A stretch of 64,000 nt of DNA. It comes from Phoronis australis (lineage: Eukaryota > Animalia > Phoronida). The notes below the pieces were generated by a model. It was not told where the DNA came from. It did no database searches and saw only the letters and a list, made by a program, of their open reading frames with translations. The position numbers and the translations under genes were made by a program. Of this stretch, positions 11,801-26,800 are shown piece after piece; the stretch's first letter is position 1, and every line of letters starts with the position of its first letter. The stretch lies in assembly GCA_002633005.1 (NCBI GenBank), contig NMRA01000071.1, forward strand, positions 154,976-218,975, in the 5' to 3' direction.

Positions 11801-14800
11801 TTATTACAGTTTGGTCACAGTTAATTATTTGAGGAATTTCTTTACAGTCACTGGATGTTTATGGCAGCCTTGCTGTATTGTCATTGTCATCATCATGCAG
11901 TTCTGAATCCAGTATTAACATGAACACCAAAGTTATCTTAGCCATTGGCAGCTCACCAATACGGCCATAGACAGTGGCATCTTCACTTTCACACAGGAAT
12001 TTTTGAAATGCTATAATAAAATTATAAGATACATTATAAACATCAAAATATGACCATTATAAATTAATATAAATTTCTAATAGAACATATTGTTTGAAAC
12101 ACAAAATAATACAACAGATTTGGTAATTTCACTATTCTTTGCACATATAAGCATGTCGTATATTATTTTAGGTGGTCAGTGACAGTGTTGTCATCACTGA
12201 CTTATCACCAGGACTTTGAGTGACAGCTTAAATGATCAATCAGAACCTAGCATTCTTGGCACACCTTTGTTTCCAAGCTGACATTTTACCCACCAAACAA
12301 AACATTGCTGGGTAAAACTTATTGTTTGTTTGTTGACATTAGGTAAGGGGGCGGAGCTTGCAATAGGTCAATTGTTGGAGTGGTGGTGTCCTTGTTGTGT
12401 AATAATAAGGTCTATCTGTAACATGTGATGCACAATGCTGATGCATATTCATATACCATTGGCCATAACCAATATCTTTTTATGTTTCCATATATCCACA
12501 TAAAACGATGCATTTTCAAAGAAAAACATCTGATGCAATTTTAAGTACAACAGGTAAAAATTCACAAGTCCAGAGTCAAATATGTCCCTTTCCAAGAGTG
12601 ACAGAATTGGCAGTTTGGTATCAGAATTACTAGATTGCCACTGTAGTGTTTTATGGCAACTTCAATCACGTAAACCATCGATGAGATGAAAACGGAATCT
12701 CCTGTGATATGCGTTTCCAATCGCGCATTTACAAATTACGCAAAACTGGTTGAAAACACATCTTCACTACACATTAACAATCTTTCTTCCATTTTGTTCG
12801 TATTGTCGGAACAAAGTTCGACACTCAACAGAACATTAGTTAAAGCAACGGATGACATCAAACCATACATTCAGAGTCGTTACTCCATTAAATCTCATGA
12901 AAATTTAATTGATGTTTTCTGCACACAAGTGTCATCCCCTCGTTACCAACCCATGTCACTTGACACTGAGTCTTTGTTCACCAACATGCCTGTTCATGAG
13001 AACATTGCCATCAGTTTGGATAGTGTATACCATCACCCACATTTAAAGCCGCCCGAGATTTCACCAACTTATCTGAGAGAGTTGCTGACCATCTGCACGT
13101 CTACCAAAGTACCATTTCGCCAAATAAATGGCAAATTGTTTCTACAAAGATGGTGTGCGCATAGGCTCTCGTATGGGTCACACTTTTTCGGAATTTTACA
13201 CGACGTCACAAGTGAAAAAAGGGTTAGCAATGAGATCAGTGGTATTCTTATCTATGTACGATACATGGATATTTTTGTTTATTGTGCTTTTGATGACTTG
13301 TTATCAGCGCATGATGAACTTGAGTGCCATTTTGTTCTAATGTTTACCCACCAGCTTCCTGTAAATGACAAAGTTACATTTCGTTCTAATGTTTACCCAC
13401 CAGCTTCCTGTAAATGACAAAGTTACATTTTGTTTTAATGTTTACCCACCAGCTTCCTGTAAATGACAAAGTTACATTTTGTTCTAATGTTTACCCACCA
13501 GCTTCCTGTAAATGACAAAGTTACATTTTGTTCTAATGTTTACCCACCAGCTTCCTGTAAATGACAAAGTTACATTTTGTTCTAATGTTTACCCACCAGC
13601 TTCCTGTAAATGACAAAGTTACGTTTTTTAACAATTCTCCATTTTCTACACCAGTTTATTTTTATTTATTTATTTATTTATTATTGTGATATTTAAAATG
13701 AGGGTGGCCTCTTCAGTGATAGCACTGCTTTCCAAGAGGGCCCTCAACAAGAAAAACAGTAATATAATACAATGAAGTAATAAAACAACAATGAAATATA
13801 CGTAACAAAGGTACAATCATGAATTAAAACAGGTTGAGAATTAAGACAATAACTAAATCACAAACCTACTGATAAAGGTTTCTGTCTTCACGCCAAAAGC
13901 AAGTGCCCTGAGTGATATAAGGTTTCCTAAAGAGGGCATACTTGATGACGTCTCATTGGCTATTGTTCAACTAAGAGGTAGAGGTTATAACACAACTGCT
14001 GGTGAATATTGGTTACACCAATACTTTTGTAGACCATTATATTAGTCGATTCATGTCCAAAATTAATTGTCAATCCAGTGCACGTCGATAGTTGTGACCA
14101 AAAAGGTATTTTACAAATATGTTTTGACCAATAATTACCTCCAGGACAAATACACCATTAAGAAAATCATAATGGATAATGTTAAAGTTTGTAACCCCGA
14201 TGATTACATTGATGTCATTATTTATTATCGGAATAGGAAGTCGTTCAACTTTGTCAAGAAAAATAACATTTCTAAAGCGAAAGTCTGCCTCATTGCCCAA
14301 AGTAGTACTGTTTATGAGTTTGTATGTATGCCCTATGAACGAACGACTCTTCGTACAAATATCAAGCAAAGTTACTTTGGTCTAAAGGGTTGCTGTCTCC
14401 CCAATGGGCTATCTATGCATTTTCAAAATGGTGCCATCCAAGAACATTACCTGCGATGTCATGAATTTAAAATCACCCGTCAAGAAATTGTGGAAAACAC
14501 GTCAATTCGGTATGTAGAGGACGATGAGCTTAAAGTATTGGAGTCCCTTTTGATTGAATTCAAGAAGACTGTTTCGAATGAGCAGCAAACAGCGACGCGC
14601 CACACGGTACCCTTGTTTGCCTGACTTTCCCGTTACCCCCTACCCCCTTTCACATGTCATTCTTTGCAGTATTTCACACCTGTCGTGTCTCCCTGTGTAT
14701 GCTACCATCTTATGCTCTGTGGTGGTATTATCGTGTCATTTCATTTCCACTTGAGAATGAAACAAGTATGTTTCCAAACATCTGTGTTTTAATCATGTCT

Positions 14801-17800
14801 CTTGGTTAGTTGCTTTATCTGTTGAGTGTCAAACCTTGTTCCGAGGATTTGTCGTTTATTCAACTAATTTTGCATAACACAAAATGTGCTTCCGAAGTAC
14901 TGCCAAATTGCACATCGTGGACAATCAAGAATGAGTCTTCATGCATGATGTTATTGTGATTGACAGAGTTGTCATTTTAGACATGGCCTCAGTGTCCAGG
15001 GCATTGAGTTGCTGTCTGCAATGTCAATGTTGTAGTCAGCCCCAGCATCATCAACAGTATCTTGGTCATCCAACATGCAGATGCCATGGGTGTCTTTGTG
15101 ACCTCCTTGTTCTTGTTTTCTTTTTTTCATCAACTTCTAAGTTCTTGAGTCAACATCACCAAGTGTTGTTCCTCAGAGGGTTTTCATTACTATCATTATC
15201 CTCATCATTATTGTAATTGTTATTATTAGTGACTTTAACATTTTGTAGTTAGGGGAGGCACAATAATAACCATTATAAGTCTAGTCTCTGTATTTGAGAA
15301 ATATTAACAAGTGAATAAAAATCCCCAAAAAGATGCAAATCAATTTTTTTTAACCTCAAATCACTGTGATTGTGTTAACAATCAATTATCGGTTGAACCA
15401 TACATCAATGTGATCATGAGTTAACAGTGGCTCAGACGTAAACTATCTATTTAATCCATGTTTTGGCTGTAAATAACACTTGAGTGTGGTCTACCTAATC
15501 AATGATCTAATCTAAATATTTGCACTGCCAAGCCCACCAAGGCAGTACATGTCTATAACTTAAGTATAATCAAACAAACCACCATTAACAAATGAAATGA
15601 CTCAAAATTTAATTGAGAGACGAATAGATATTTCCTCAGAGTTTTAATGTCTGTTCTGGTTTAAGCTATTAATACTAAGGTGTATGTACATCCATTACAA
15701 CAGAAGACTTTCTGTTTTTTGTTACTTTCAGTTCTTGTTAACATCAATAACTGTTACAGACAACCATGCGACATCAAGGGAACAGTTGATTGTCAGAGAC
15801 CCCTGGTGATGGACAACATAAGGAAACAGTTAAAATGTAATGAAGGTTAATGAACGTTTAGGGAACATTACCATAGCCAGCGAACACAGCAGATGATGAA
15901 GGTTTTATGAGCAATTGAGAAACACAGGAAGTCTGCTAATTAGCTTTATTTTACATTGCAATAAACGTTTAATGACTAATATGAGGAGCACAGGAAGTCA
16001 GCATGGCCAATGTCTGCTAACAGGCAAATACTACAGACAGTTTCAAACTTGACTAATGTTTAATTAAACCTTTTTGTACATGAAAAGTTCATGCAAATCA
16101 ACCACCAGGAAATTTTGTCAGAAAACATTAAAATTTAAATCCATCTACAAAGTCTACCACCACAAGGACTTCGCAATGTGCAATTTTTATACCCATTTAA
16201 CATGGCCATAATTAATATTTCAAGGAAACCAGAGCATATTTCATTTTCAGTGCAACTTCCAATACATTAAAAACACCCGTTAGTGGGGATATAGGTATTA
16301 AGCAGTGACACAAGGCAGTCAGTTTAACAAAGTCCATCACAGTATGCCTTACTAAATCCAATGGTACCGTATGCCCCATTACACTCATGGTACCATATAC
16401 GGTACTAAATCTATGGTATCATAATATGCCCACTAGACCCATGGTACCAATAATATGCCCCACTAAGCCCATGGTACCATAATATACCCCACTAAACCCA
16501 TAGTACCAATAATATGCCCCACTAAACCCATGGTACCACAATATGCCTCCCAGGCAATATTCTTTACTGTCCATTATTATAAGACACTGTGGACTATAAA
16601 AATAAAATACTAGCAGTCTCACTATGGAGTAGTTTATGAAGCTCTATTGTCAGATGTGAAGCCTCACTATGGAGTAAGTTATGGAGATCTATTGTCAGGT
16701 GTGAAGCCTCAATATCAAGTACTTGTTATGAAATTCTATCATCACGTAGACACAATCAAGTAGTTGCCATCACCTCTTTTGTTGATGCCGCCATGAACCG
16801 ACTGCCCTCTCATGAACCGACTGTCCTCTCATGAACCGACTGCCCTCTCATGGACCGACTGCCCTCTCATGAACCGACTGCCCTCTCATGGACCAACTGC
16901 CCTCTCACGCACTGGTCACTAAAATACCAGTCCATCACTAACCCAAATTAACACATACCTCTCAAGTGCTTTTAACCCATTGTTCAATCATCCATTAATA
17001 AGATGAACAATGCTGGGAATGAATAAGTTCAATAAAATAATTACATGTCAGTATGGTTGATTTCCCTTTTCATCAATATACAAGCAAGTTGACTGTGACA
17101 TTATACATTTGTAACTTGTAAATCATTATTGATTACTTCCTCAGGTATGTTGTTGTCAGTCCATTCAAGTCTTGAGAAAACTTAAAACTGGCCACATCTG
17201 TCTTTAAAGGGAACAAGGCATTACATCGTAATTGAAACCCCGATGTAGACATCTCAGAGTCGAAAACAGATTCCCACACCTTCAAAACAGCTAACCAGCC
17301 CGAAAACACAAAGCCCGACCTTTAAAACAGGAATCCCAGGATTGGATACCTGGGAACCGAAAAACTACTCCCGCACTTTCTGTCAAACATTAATTATCTC
17401 AAGAAAATAGTACCTTTGTACCTTTAAAGTGCTTTGTGTTCATACTGCATGTATCAATTTCACATTTTAATAAAAAAGATAAATCTTTCTACTTTAAAAT
17501 AGTTGCTGTGATATGTTGTTTTCCTATATGCAAATTTTAGACAACTTACGACTGATCTCTAAGCGCGAAAATTGTTGATTCTTAAAAACCTGTCTTACTC
17601 GTGCATAAGTACAGTGTTAAAGATAAGTACAGTGTTAAAGATAAGTACAGTGTTAAAGATAAGTACAGTGTTAAAGATAAGTACAGTGTTAAAGAGTGAA
17701 CAATAGGAAGTGGTGTGTGCTACAGAGGTGCATGATTCACCAGATTCAAGTAGATATTTTTCAACTGCCTTTATAAATATTTTGCAAGATGCTGGTACGC

Positions 17801-20800
17801 ATTTTCTTTATAGATTTTGCAGGATTGGAATTTCTAATTTTTTATGTAAGCGCTTACAATTTCCATGACAGGTGGTCATTTTGTTTGGCATTTTGGGCCA
17901 GTGCCCCAGTTGAAAATGGGCTGTCTGATTGATTTCGACTTGTTTTGGATCTGGGTAAGCGTTTGCTTATAATCAGTCTCCTCTTACCGAAAAAATCAAA
18001 TAGTCAATACCATATACCGTATTCGCCGTAATAACCGCCCAGGGCGCTTAGAAAACTTCGTTTCAGGGGGGGCGCTTATTATAACTCAAGGCCGTTGAAA
18101 CCCGGTCTCCGAAACGGGTGAAATCGGAAGCTAAGATTCATCATATTTACGCTCTGTGATGCATCTGTAATCTATGAAAGACTTTCTGCAAAACCGTAGT
18201 GCATTGCTATCAAACTTTGCTGCTAAATTGCGACCATTTTACAGAAAATTGTACTGAAATCCCAGGCCGAAAACTCGCCGACTGAGTGCCTCGCAATCGT
18301 TGACATGGCGACTTGAATGCTTGAATATAAATACAGTTTCGACTCAAGCAAATTACCTGAAATCCTCCTTAAGTTTTCCAAGTAGCATCCCTAAGATTTT
18401 TAAGTTCCCGTGGAGTCGGGATCACGGCAGGTTTAAGTAGAAATCTCTGCTACATCATGCCATCTACATGTATGACCGGCAACATGAGAAAAATGTCTGG
18501 ACGAACACACATGTTGTTGTCACGTGACGTTTGTTTTGAAGTTTGTCAGTGTTTGTGAGTAAGCAAGCACATGCGTGTCACCAGAGTTCATTTGCCAGAG
18601 CAGAGACCCGTGTTTTGGCTAGAGCCACACAATCTAACGAGCTAGATGTGCATTGTATCTAAAGAAATTTGCACAAGCAGTAGGCCTAAACCAGAGCGTG
18701 TTTCATTCAGGCCCATATAAGTCGCCGTGTAGCTGGATGCGTACGTAACTATCTGACAGTTGTTTTCGGTGTAAGGATGTGTAAGCATTCACTATCAGTG
18801 GTCATTTTATCGGATATTTGGCTTAAAAACACCAATTATGGTTAATCAAACAATTCATCTTAAAAATAACGCAAACATTTTTTATATTAGAAACTGTCGG
18901 AAATTAGTGCAAATATTCATTTCTTGCCAATGCTATGCTACCCGTTTCATGAATGGATAGTTCTCGACTAAAGACTTTGATGACAGGTTCATGTATTTAG
19001 CGCGTGCTTCCTGGCCACGTGCTTTTAACACTGGCCAAGCTTTTTATTAGTCTTCGATTCGCGGTTTTCACGTGTACAAAGAAATTTGGATTCCTGTTGA
19101 AATCGGGAAGTATCTACAAAGCAATCCCGTAGACAAGTACACTACTTATGTTCTGAAAGGCCACACCATTGGTCCTGGCAAGATCAGCAGAAGTTTTGTG
19201 TTGATTTTGAGGCATGACGGAAGTTTGAAGTCTATAGTCACGGCTAAATACTGACATTGTGGCGAGGCTCCTGGTCTACAAATTCTGCGCACAATGATTA
19301 TTTTCAGGACTGTCGGATATTATTGATAAATTAAAGACGTTACTGTAGAATTTTAGGACTGTAGGTAAGGCTTTTTTCGCAAGTACATGTTCATGAACTG
19401 GGCGCTTATTTTAGCAAAGTCTGAAAACACGTAGGGGGACGCTTATAGGGGCATCAGGGTGGTTATTACGGCAAATACGGTAAGCTACATTTTCTTATTG
19501 ACAATTTTTAACAAACCAATGCAGAAAACAAAATACTTGAAGATGATTTAATTCAAAGTTTGAGGCTACTGACATCGTCTCAGAAAATTAAAAGAATGAC
19601 CGTGTTTCCTGTCTGATCCCTGGGGTTCCTGTTTTTAAAGACCAGAGTTCATGTTTTTCGGGCTGGTTAGCTGTAGGTGCGGGAGTCTGTTTTGGCACAA
19701 TTGTCTAGTCGCATTTAATTCAGACCGATTGTTTTTTTAAGTCAAAGCGTCATTGGACTAGTAACATGTAAGCACACTTAGCATTCACTCAATCATTTTT
19801 AGTTGTCAATTGAACACCCATGGCAATAAGACAACATCCATGAGAGATATTGGTCCAGTTACTTGCACTTACTGCAACCTTCATAGTTAAAAAGGATACA
19901 TTATGAACACAAGCACAACTTGTCACCAACTGTTATCCATAAGAACAGCATTGTTTAAGTCACACTCTGCTTCTGCTCCCATCAAATCCTCTAAATATCC
20001 CTCCAGTGAACACAGGGTAAGAGAACAGCAACTTTGCACCACCAGTCAACACTGTCCTGCCTACACATGCTTGCTACTGATAATTACTGCGTATTTGATA
20101 GCACTACCAGCACAGAGCCACGCAGCCTTTTGTTCACCAGATTGTGTATGGTTTGCATTAAAAATCAATGTTTGAGAATCCATGCGATCTGTGCAAGGGG
20201 ATGTTATCAAAAGTTGTCCTATTGATTTTGGTTTACATCAAATTGCAGTAAACACTTATAGTTATGATGAGTCTTCCGTCTCCTTGAAACAAACAAAAAT
20301 TAAACGGAAATTCATACCAATTGGACACATATATATAGTGCTGTGAATGCCCGCTTGAGTTCACTGTTTTATTGAAGTCACAATAATGACTCAAGGTAGA
20401 CTGTGGGTAAATCAACACTATGTGCCAGGATCACAGTATAGTCTGAGGGTGAATCAACACTGTGTAGTATGTGGGTGAATCAACACTGTGTAGTCTGTGC
20501 GTGAATCAACACTGTGTAGTCTGTGCGTGAATCAACACTGCGTGCCAGAATCATACCACTAGGTCTTTTGCTGGTGGCTCAAAATCTCTTTGAATAGCAA
20601 GTCAAAAAGCCACTTGCTTAAAACATTTGACATGAGCTGAACAAGAGCATGTCACCGAGCCATTCAAATGATACCTGAGTAGCTAGTTCAAAATGCAGCT
20701 CACAAGGTGACTTGTCGTAAAATTATTCCTACAACATTTGCTAGGTGTAGCTACAATATAAATAAATTTTCTAGACATCTAAGTGTTCAATTGATCAACC

Positions 20801-23800
20801 TCAAATTAGTCATTTACTTGACAGGTAATCATCAGGTCCATTAAAGAAAAGTCTGCATAGAGACCAATAATCTACCAAGGATAATCTGTACAGAGACCAT
20901 TAATCCACCAAGGATAGACTGCACAGACACCAATAATCCACCAAGGATAGTCTCTGCAGTGACCAACAATCCACGAAGGAAGGTCTGCAGAGACCAATAA
21001 TCCACCAAGGAGAGTTTGCAGAGACCAATAATCCTCCAAGGATAGTCTCTAATAATATACCAAGGACAGTCCAAATAAAGACCAATAATCCACCAAGGAT
21101 TGCCTCCACAAAGGCAATTAATCCACCAAGGATAGTTTGCACAGAGAGCAATAGTCTACCAAGGATAATCTGTACAGAGACCAATAATCCACCAAGGATA
21201 GTCTGCACAGAGTCCAATAATCCAACAAAGATAATCTGCAGAGTTCAATAATCCACCAAGGATGGTCTGTGCAGAGGCCAAAAATCCACCAAGGATACTT
21301 GCAGAGACCAATAATCCACCAAGTATAGTCCCTAATAATCCACCAAGGAGAGTCTAAATAAAGACCAATAATCCACCAAGGATAGCCCTTAATAATCCAC
21401 CAAGGACAGTCTGCAGAGACCACTGTTGAAACATATTCTGACACATTACTGATTCTCCCAATAGTACATCAACTTGGTGTTAAATGAAACTCAATGAAGT
21501 TATGGAAGTACCAATAGACCATGACCAGACAGGTGAAGCCAGTGTTTATGACCTGGTGTTTATAATTTGGTATTGTGAACTGGTGTTTATAGCCTGGTGT
21601 TGTGACCTGGTGTTTATGACCAGGTGTTTACGACCTGGTGTTTTGACCTGGTATTATGGCTAGTCTTTATCCACTGGTGGTCCACTGAAGGATATCATGA
21701 GCATAGGACGGTTATCATTGAACAAAAAGCATGACCACAGTTGAGTATATAATATAACTAAAACACCTTCAAACGTCATGTAAATGTGACCACACTCTAG
21801 TGTATATTTACAACACTCAACGGTTGTGTAAATGCGACCACACTTGACTGTAAATTTGACCAAAATTAAGTATTTTGAACATCTTTAAAGATTATGTAAA
21901 TGTGACCACACTTGAGTGTCAATGTGAACACACTTGAGTGTCAATGTGACAACACTTGAGTGTCAATGTGAACACACTTGAGTGTCAATGTGACAACACT
22001 TGAGTGTCAATGTGAACACACTTGAGTGTCAATGTGACAACACTTGAGTGTCAATGTGAACACACTTGAGTGTCAATGTGAACACACTTGAGTGTCAATG
22101 TGAACACACTTGAGTGTCAATGTGAACACACTTGAGTGTCAATGTGAACACACTTGAGTGTCAATGTGAACACACTTGAGTGTCAATGTGAACACACTTG
22201 AGTGTCAATGTAATCATACTTGAGTGTAAATGTCAACTTTCACAAGTGCAAATACACACCTGTAATAGGTGAAAGCAATGTATTCATGGAACAGCTACAG
22301 ATGCAGAAGTGCTCAGCCAAAAGTTCCATTGCAACAAAATTTCTAATATCTTCAGACTGCAACACCAGTTCCACATTCTACATCAACAACATCAGTTCCT
22401 TGTTGAACATCCAAAAGCACCCGCTGTCATGTGAATTCTGAAATTACCTTTTATTGAAATGATGCTGCTATAGGCTGAAACATGGCTTTTGTAAATCACA
22501 ATTTCACTAAAAATACACNNNNNNNNNNNNNNNNNNNNNNNNNNNNNNNNNNNNNNNNNNNNNNNNNNNNNNNNNNNNNNNNNNNNNNNNNNNNNNNNNN
22601 NNNNNNNNNNNNNNNNNNNNNNNNNNNNNNNNNNNNNNNNNNNNNNNNNNNNNNNNNNNNNNNNNNNNNNNNNNNNNNNNNNNNNNNNNNNNNNNNNNNN
22701 NNNNNNNNNNNNNNNNNNNNNNNNNNNNNNNNNNNNNNNNNNNNNNNNNNNNNNNNNNNNNNNNNNNNNNNNNNNNNNNNNNNNNNNNNNNNNNNNNNNN
22801 NNNNNNNNNNNNNNNNNNNNNNNNNNNNNNNNNNNNNNNNNNNNNNNNNNNNNNNNNNNNNNNNNNNNNNNNNNNNNNNNNNNNNNNNNNNNNNNNNNNN
22901 NNNNNNNNNNNNNNNNNNNNNNNNNNNNNNNNNNNNNNNNNNNNNNNNNNNNNNNNNNNNNNNNNNNNNNNNNNNNNNNNNNNNNNNNNNNNNNNNNNNN
23001 NNNNNNNNNNNNNNNNNNNNNNNNNNNNNNNNNNNNNNNNNNNNNNNNNNNNNNNNNNNNNNNNNNNNNNNNNNNNNNNNNNNNNNNNNNNNNNNNNNNN
23101 NNNNNNNNNNNNNNNNNNNNNNNNNNNNNNNNNNNNNNNNNNNNNNNNNNNNNNNNNNNNNNNNNNNNNNNNNNNNNNNNNNNNNNNNNNNNNNNNNNNN
23201 NNNNNNNNNNNNNNNNNNNNNNNNNNNNNNNNNNNNNNNNNNNNNNNNNNNNNNNNNACACAACACACATCACCAGCTGACACTGTTAACAACTATATCC
23301 TCAGACTACAAACACAACACACATCACCAGCTGACACTGTTAACAACTATATCCTCAGACTACATACACAACACACATCACCAGCTGACACTGTTAACAA
23401 CTATATCCTCAGACTACATACACAACACACATCACCAGCTGACAGTGTTAACAACTATATTCTCAGACAACATACACACCACACATCACCAGCTGACACT
23501 GTTAACAACTATATCCTCTGACTACATAGAAAACACACAACACCAGCTGACACCGTTTCCAACTATAGAACTTCCCAATGCCCACTTACCTCATTTAGGT
23601 GGGCCCTCACTTTCTGATAAGCCCTTAACCATCTGATTCTGGCTGGTGATGGCACATTAGGGTCCATGTCCACATCATACAACTCATCACTCTCTTGTGT
23701 AGGCACTGTAATGCGACCTCTTTCATTAGTGTAGTCATCGGTGTCTTGAGAATATGTGTCACGCATTTCTTCTAATGCTTCCCCATTTTTGTTGTAGTTT

Positions 23801-26800
23801 TGATCATAGTAGACATCTTCCTCCTCCAGTCTGTGTTGAGGAGTGCTGCTACTGCCCTCCTGAGTCACACTGTCATCGGGGTAACTTGTGTCCTGGCTAT
23901 AGTCCCGCAAGGGGTCAGGTCGCGGAGGATCAGGTCGCTGCTCCAGTAGACCTGCACTCTCATCACGACCCAAACGTCGGTCCTTTGTTGGTAATGAGTG
24001 CTGAGAATCAGAGTAATCTGGTTCAGGCTCATTTGTTTGACTGCTTTGATAATCACCCCTCTTCTCATCTCCATATTTACAACCATCATTATCATAACGA
24101 TGGTGTCTGCTGCTTAAGCTTCCCTCATCTTCCTCATAATCCCGCTGTCTACTACTACTGAAGCTTCGTCCATCTTCCTCGTACAGTTTATCACTATAGT
24201 AGAAGCCAGCCTCCTCGTAATCTCCCCTGACTAACTCACGTTTATCCTGATAGTCTCCCTTTGACATTTTTCCACGGCTGTGACTTTCATTATCCACAGT
24301 CAGTCTATGATCACTTTTGTAACTTGTCCCATCTTCTTCATACCCCTGCCTGTCATCAAAGTAGCTATGCCTGCCACTTCCAACACTAGACCTGTCCTCA
24401 TAGTATTCTCTTGCACTAAAGTTATCCCCATACAACTCCTCATTGTCATAACCCTGACCACTGTAGTCCAGCCTACCTCCATCATAATTACTATAGTATC
24501 GCCCTTCAAGCTCGTCGGCTTCATAACTCTGCCGGCGACTTGAGTAGCTCTCCTGCTCGTGATAACCGTCATGATGGTGACGAACCCTGTAACTTGTGGC
24601 ACTACCAGACAGACTGTCTTGACTACGCCGACTGTGACTGGGGCTACAATATAAAATGGAAATAGTCAGAAGAGTTTAAGTGGTAACTTTTAGCACTACC
24701 AGACAGTCTTGACAATGTTAACTGTGACCACAGTAAATATAGTGAGATTATTATGAACCCAATTTAATGACACAAGAAATAACTGCTGACATCAAATGTA
24801 CTGCACAACAACACTGTAAAAGCATGAACAAGCACAAGTACATGCTTCATACCATCATTAGAAAGAAAGGATATGTTACGTATCGAAGCATGATTTATAC
24901 TATGAGTGTAATTCTTGCACCAGTGACCCCGTTCAAGAACACAATAACTAGAACAGGTCATAGTGTGCCACTGACCAATGATACAACAGGTCATAGTGTG
25001 CCACTGACCAACAACACAACAGGTCATAGTGTACCACTGACCAACGATACAACAGGTCATAGTGTGCCACTGACCAATGATACAACAGGTCATAGTGTGC
25101 CACTGACCAACAACACAACAGGTCATAGTGTGCCACTGACCAACAACACAACAGGCCTTAAAGTACCACTGACCAACAATACAACAGGTCATAGTGTACC
25201 ACTGACCAACAATACAACAGCTCATAGTGTGCCACTGACCAACAATACAAAAGGTCATAGTGTGCTGCTGACCAACAATACACCACCAACCCTTGATAAA
25301 ACAACAACTACGTCCTAATCAGTGAATAGGCAAGTTCAAGATATCTTGTTCATATAGGAACCAAGAGAGCACTGGCTTCCTTTCATCTTCAAATCACTTC
25401 TCTAGTGTAAAGCAGAAGACACTACATAACAAGATCAGCCACTAACAACAAGGTCAGCCACTGTCAATAACACAACAAGGTCTGTCCCAGAAACAAACAG
25501 AACAAGGTCGGCTCAAGCCACTGACAACAAGTGCATGCAGAAACTATCTATACAGTGACGTGAGCACCACCTGGTGGACTTGGCTGGTTGGTCCTCATAG
25601 GAGACATCATACTCCACAGCAGTCTGACGCAATAAGCTCTGAGACAAGCCAGTCAGGCGAACAGGGCTACAAAATGGAGGGAATATGTTCACTGGTTTTC
25701 ATACACAATATAGCAGGAATTCTAACGTGCAAAAATAAAGCTTCCTGGTGTCACAGCACATAATAAATAACGTATTTGTGTATTTGCGTACAGAATACAG
25801 ATACATCATAATTACAACATTTAATGACTTCATGATGCCATGAATTTCTGTACAACATACAGACAGGTCATGTTTGCAGACAGGTTATATTTAGTCAACC
25901 ATAAGTCACATGATTACGATGTGGATTTCTGAATAATATACAGATAGCTCATTTTACTGACTCAGTCAAGTCAACCTTCACGCATTTGATTGAACAGTGT
26001 ATTTCACTACACTCTATATATATGTATATCATACTAAAAGACTGGTCATACTTAAGAGTCAACTATCAAGCAGTGTATCTTTGCAATTCACTTCTGTACA
26101 CTCGAACTCGTTTGACTGATCTACTTGATATTAATGTCACATTCAAAAAGGCGGTAGAGAATAAACAATATTGTTGAAGTTAGGCCCATCTATGCTCCTG
26201 TTGGAATGGCCAACTTCTGTTACTTAGTTACTTATAACGAATGATAATGGAATTGGCTAGTCACCAGATGGAACAAGTCAATGGAACAATGGGCGGCTAC
26301 TTAACACACAACGACCTCTGTTGGACAACATAAACAGACAACTTCAAAAGCACTGGTAAGTTCTTTTGGCCACCACAAGAGGTTCTACAGCACTATCCAC
26401 TATGCACCATCAAGGTTGGCCAGCAAATGATACAGCTATACAGTTACCTGGTCTACAACTCGGACATACTTATCCACTTCACTGAAACCTGCACATATGG
26501 CATGTTAAACATTTTAACGAAAACCTAACTTAATGATAAGACTACAGCTGACAAGGCAACAGATCACCTATTGACAATAATGTGTCATTCCTAAACAATA
26601 AGCTAATGTCTAAAATCCAACTGATCAAACCTTGTTGGTAAACCTAAAGAGGGTACACGGTCTTCAGGGGACAGATAACTGAAAGGCAGACAGAGTCACG
26701 GTATAAAATCACCACATGTTAAGTACGTCAGTCACAAGAAAGGCAGGGAATCCTTCCTCACAACGAGGTACTATTATAGTTGGGATCAGCTGTAGCAATA

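Larger units (their letters stand above)
12686..14800 (+). mobile_element. decayed Penelope-like retroelement (RT + GIY-YIG endonuclease)
   Basis: RT motifs SLDTESLFTNMPV, YKDGVRIGSRMG and YVRYMD, with frameshifts. STVYEFVC..SYFG..LSMH..IQEH..LESLLI is GIY-YIG-like. Degenerate hammerhead-like end at about 14748-14785. Confidence 0.88.

Noticed and set aside
22392-23636. Long ORFs of 256-384 aa
   Set aside because: Artefacts of translating through the N gap and a 60-bp repeat.
24764-25318. Mucin-like or Cys-rich repeat proteins (also 7008, 32917, 39537, 57169-57986)
   Set aside because: Open in several frames and strands only because the repeat unit lacks stops; no supporting gene structure.
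26448-26488. AG..GT-bounded segment in the phase-2 intron
   Set aside because: 41 nt (or 34 nt from the inner AG), so frameshifting, with no homology support.
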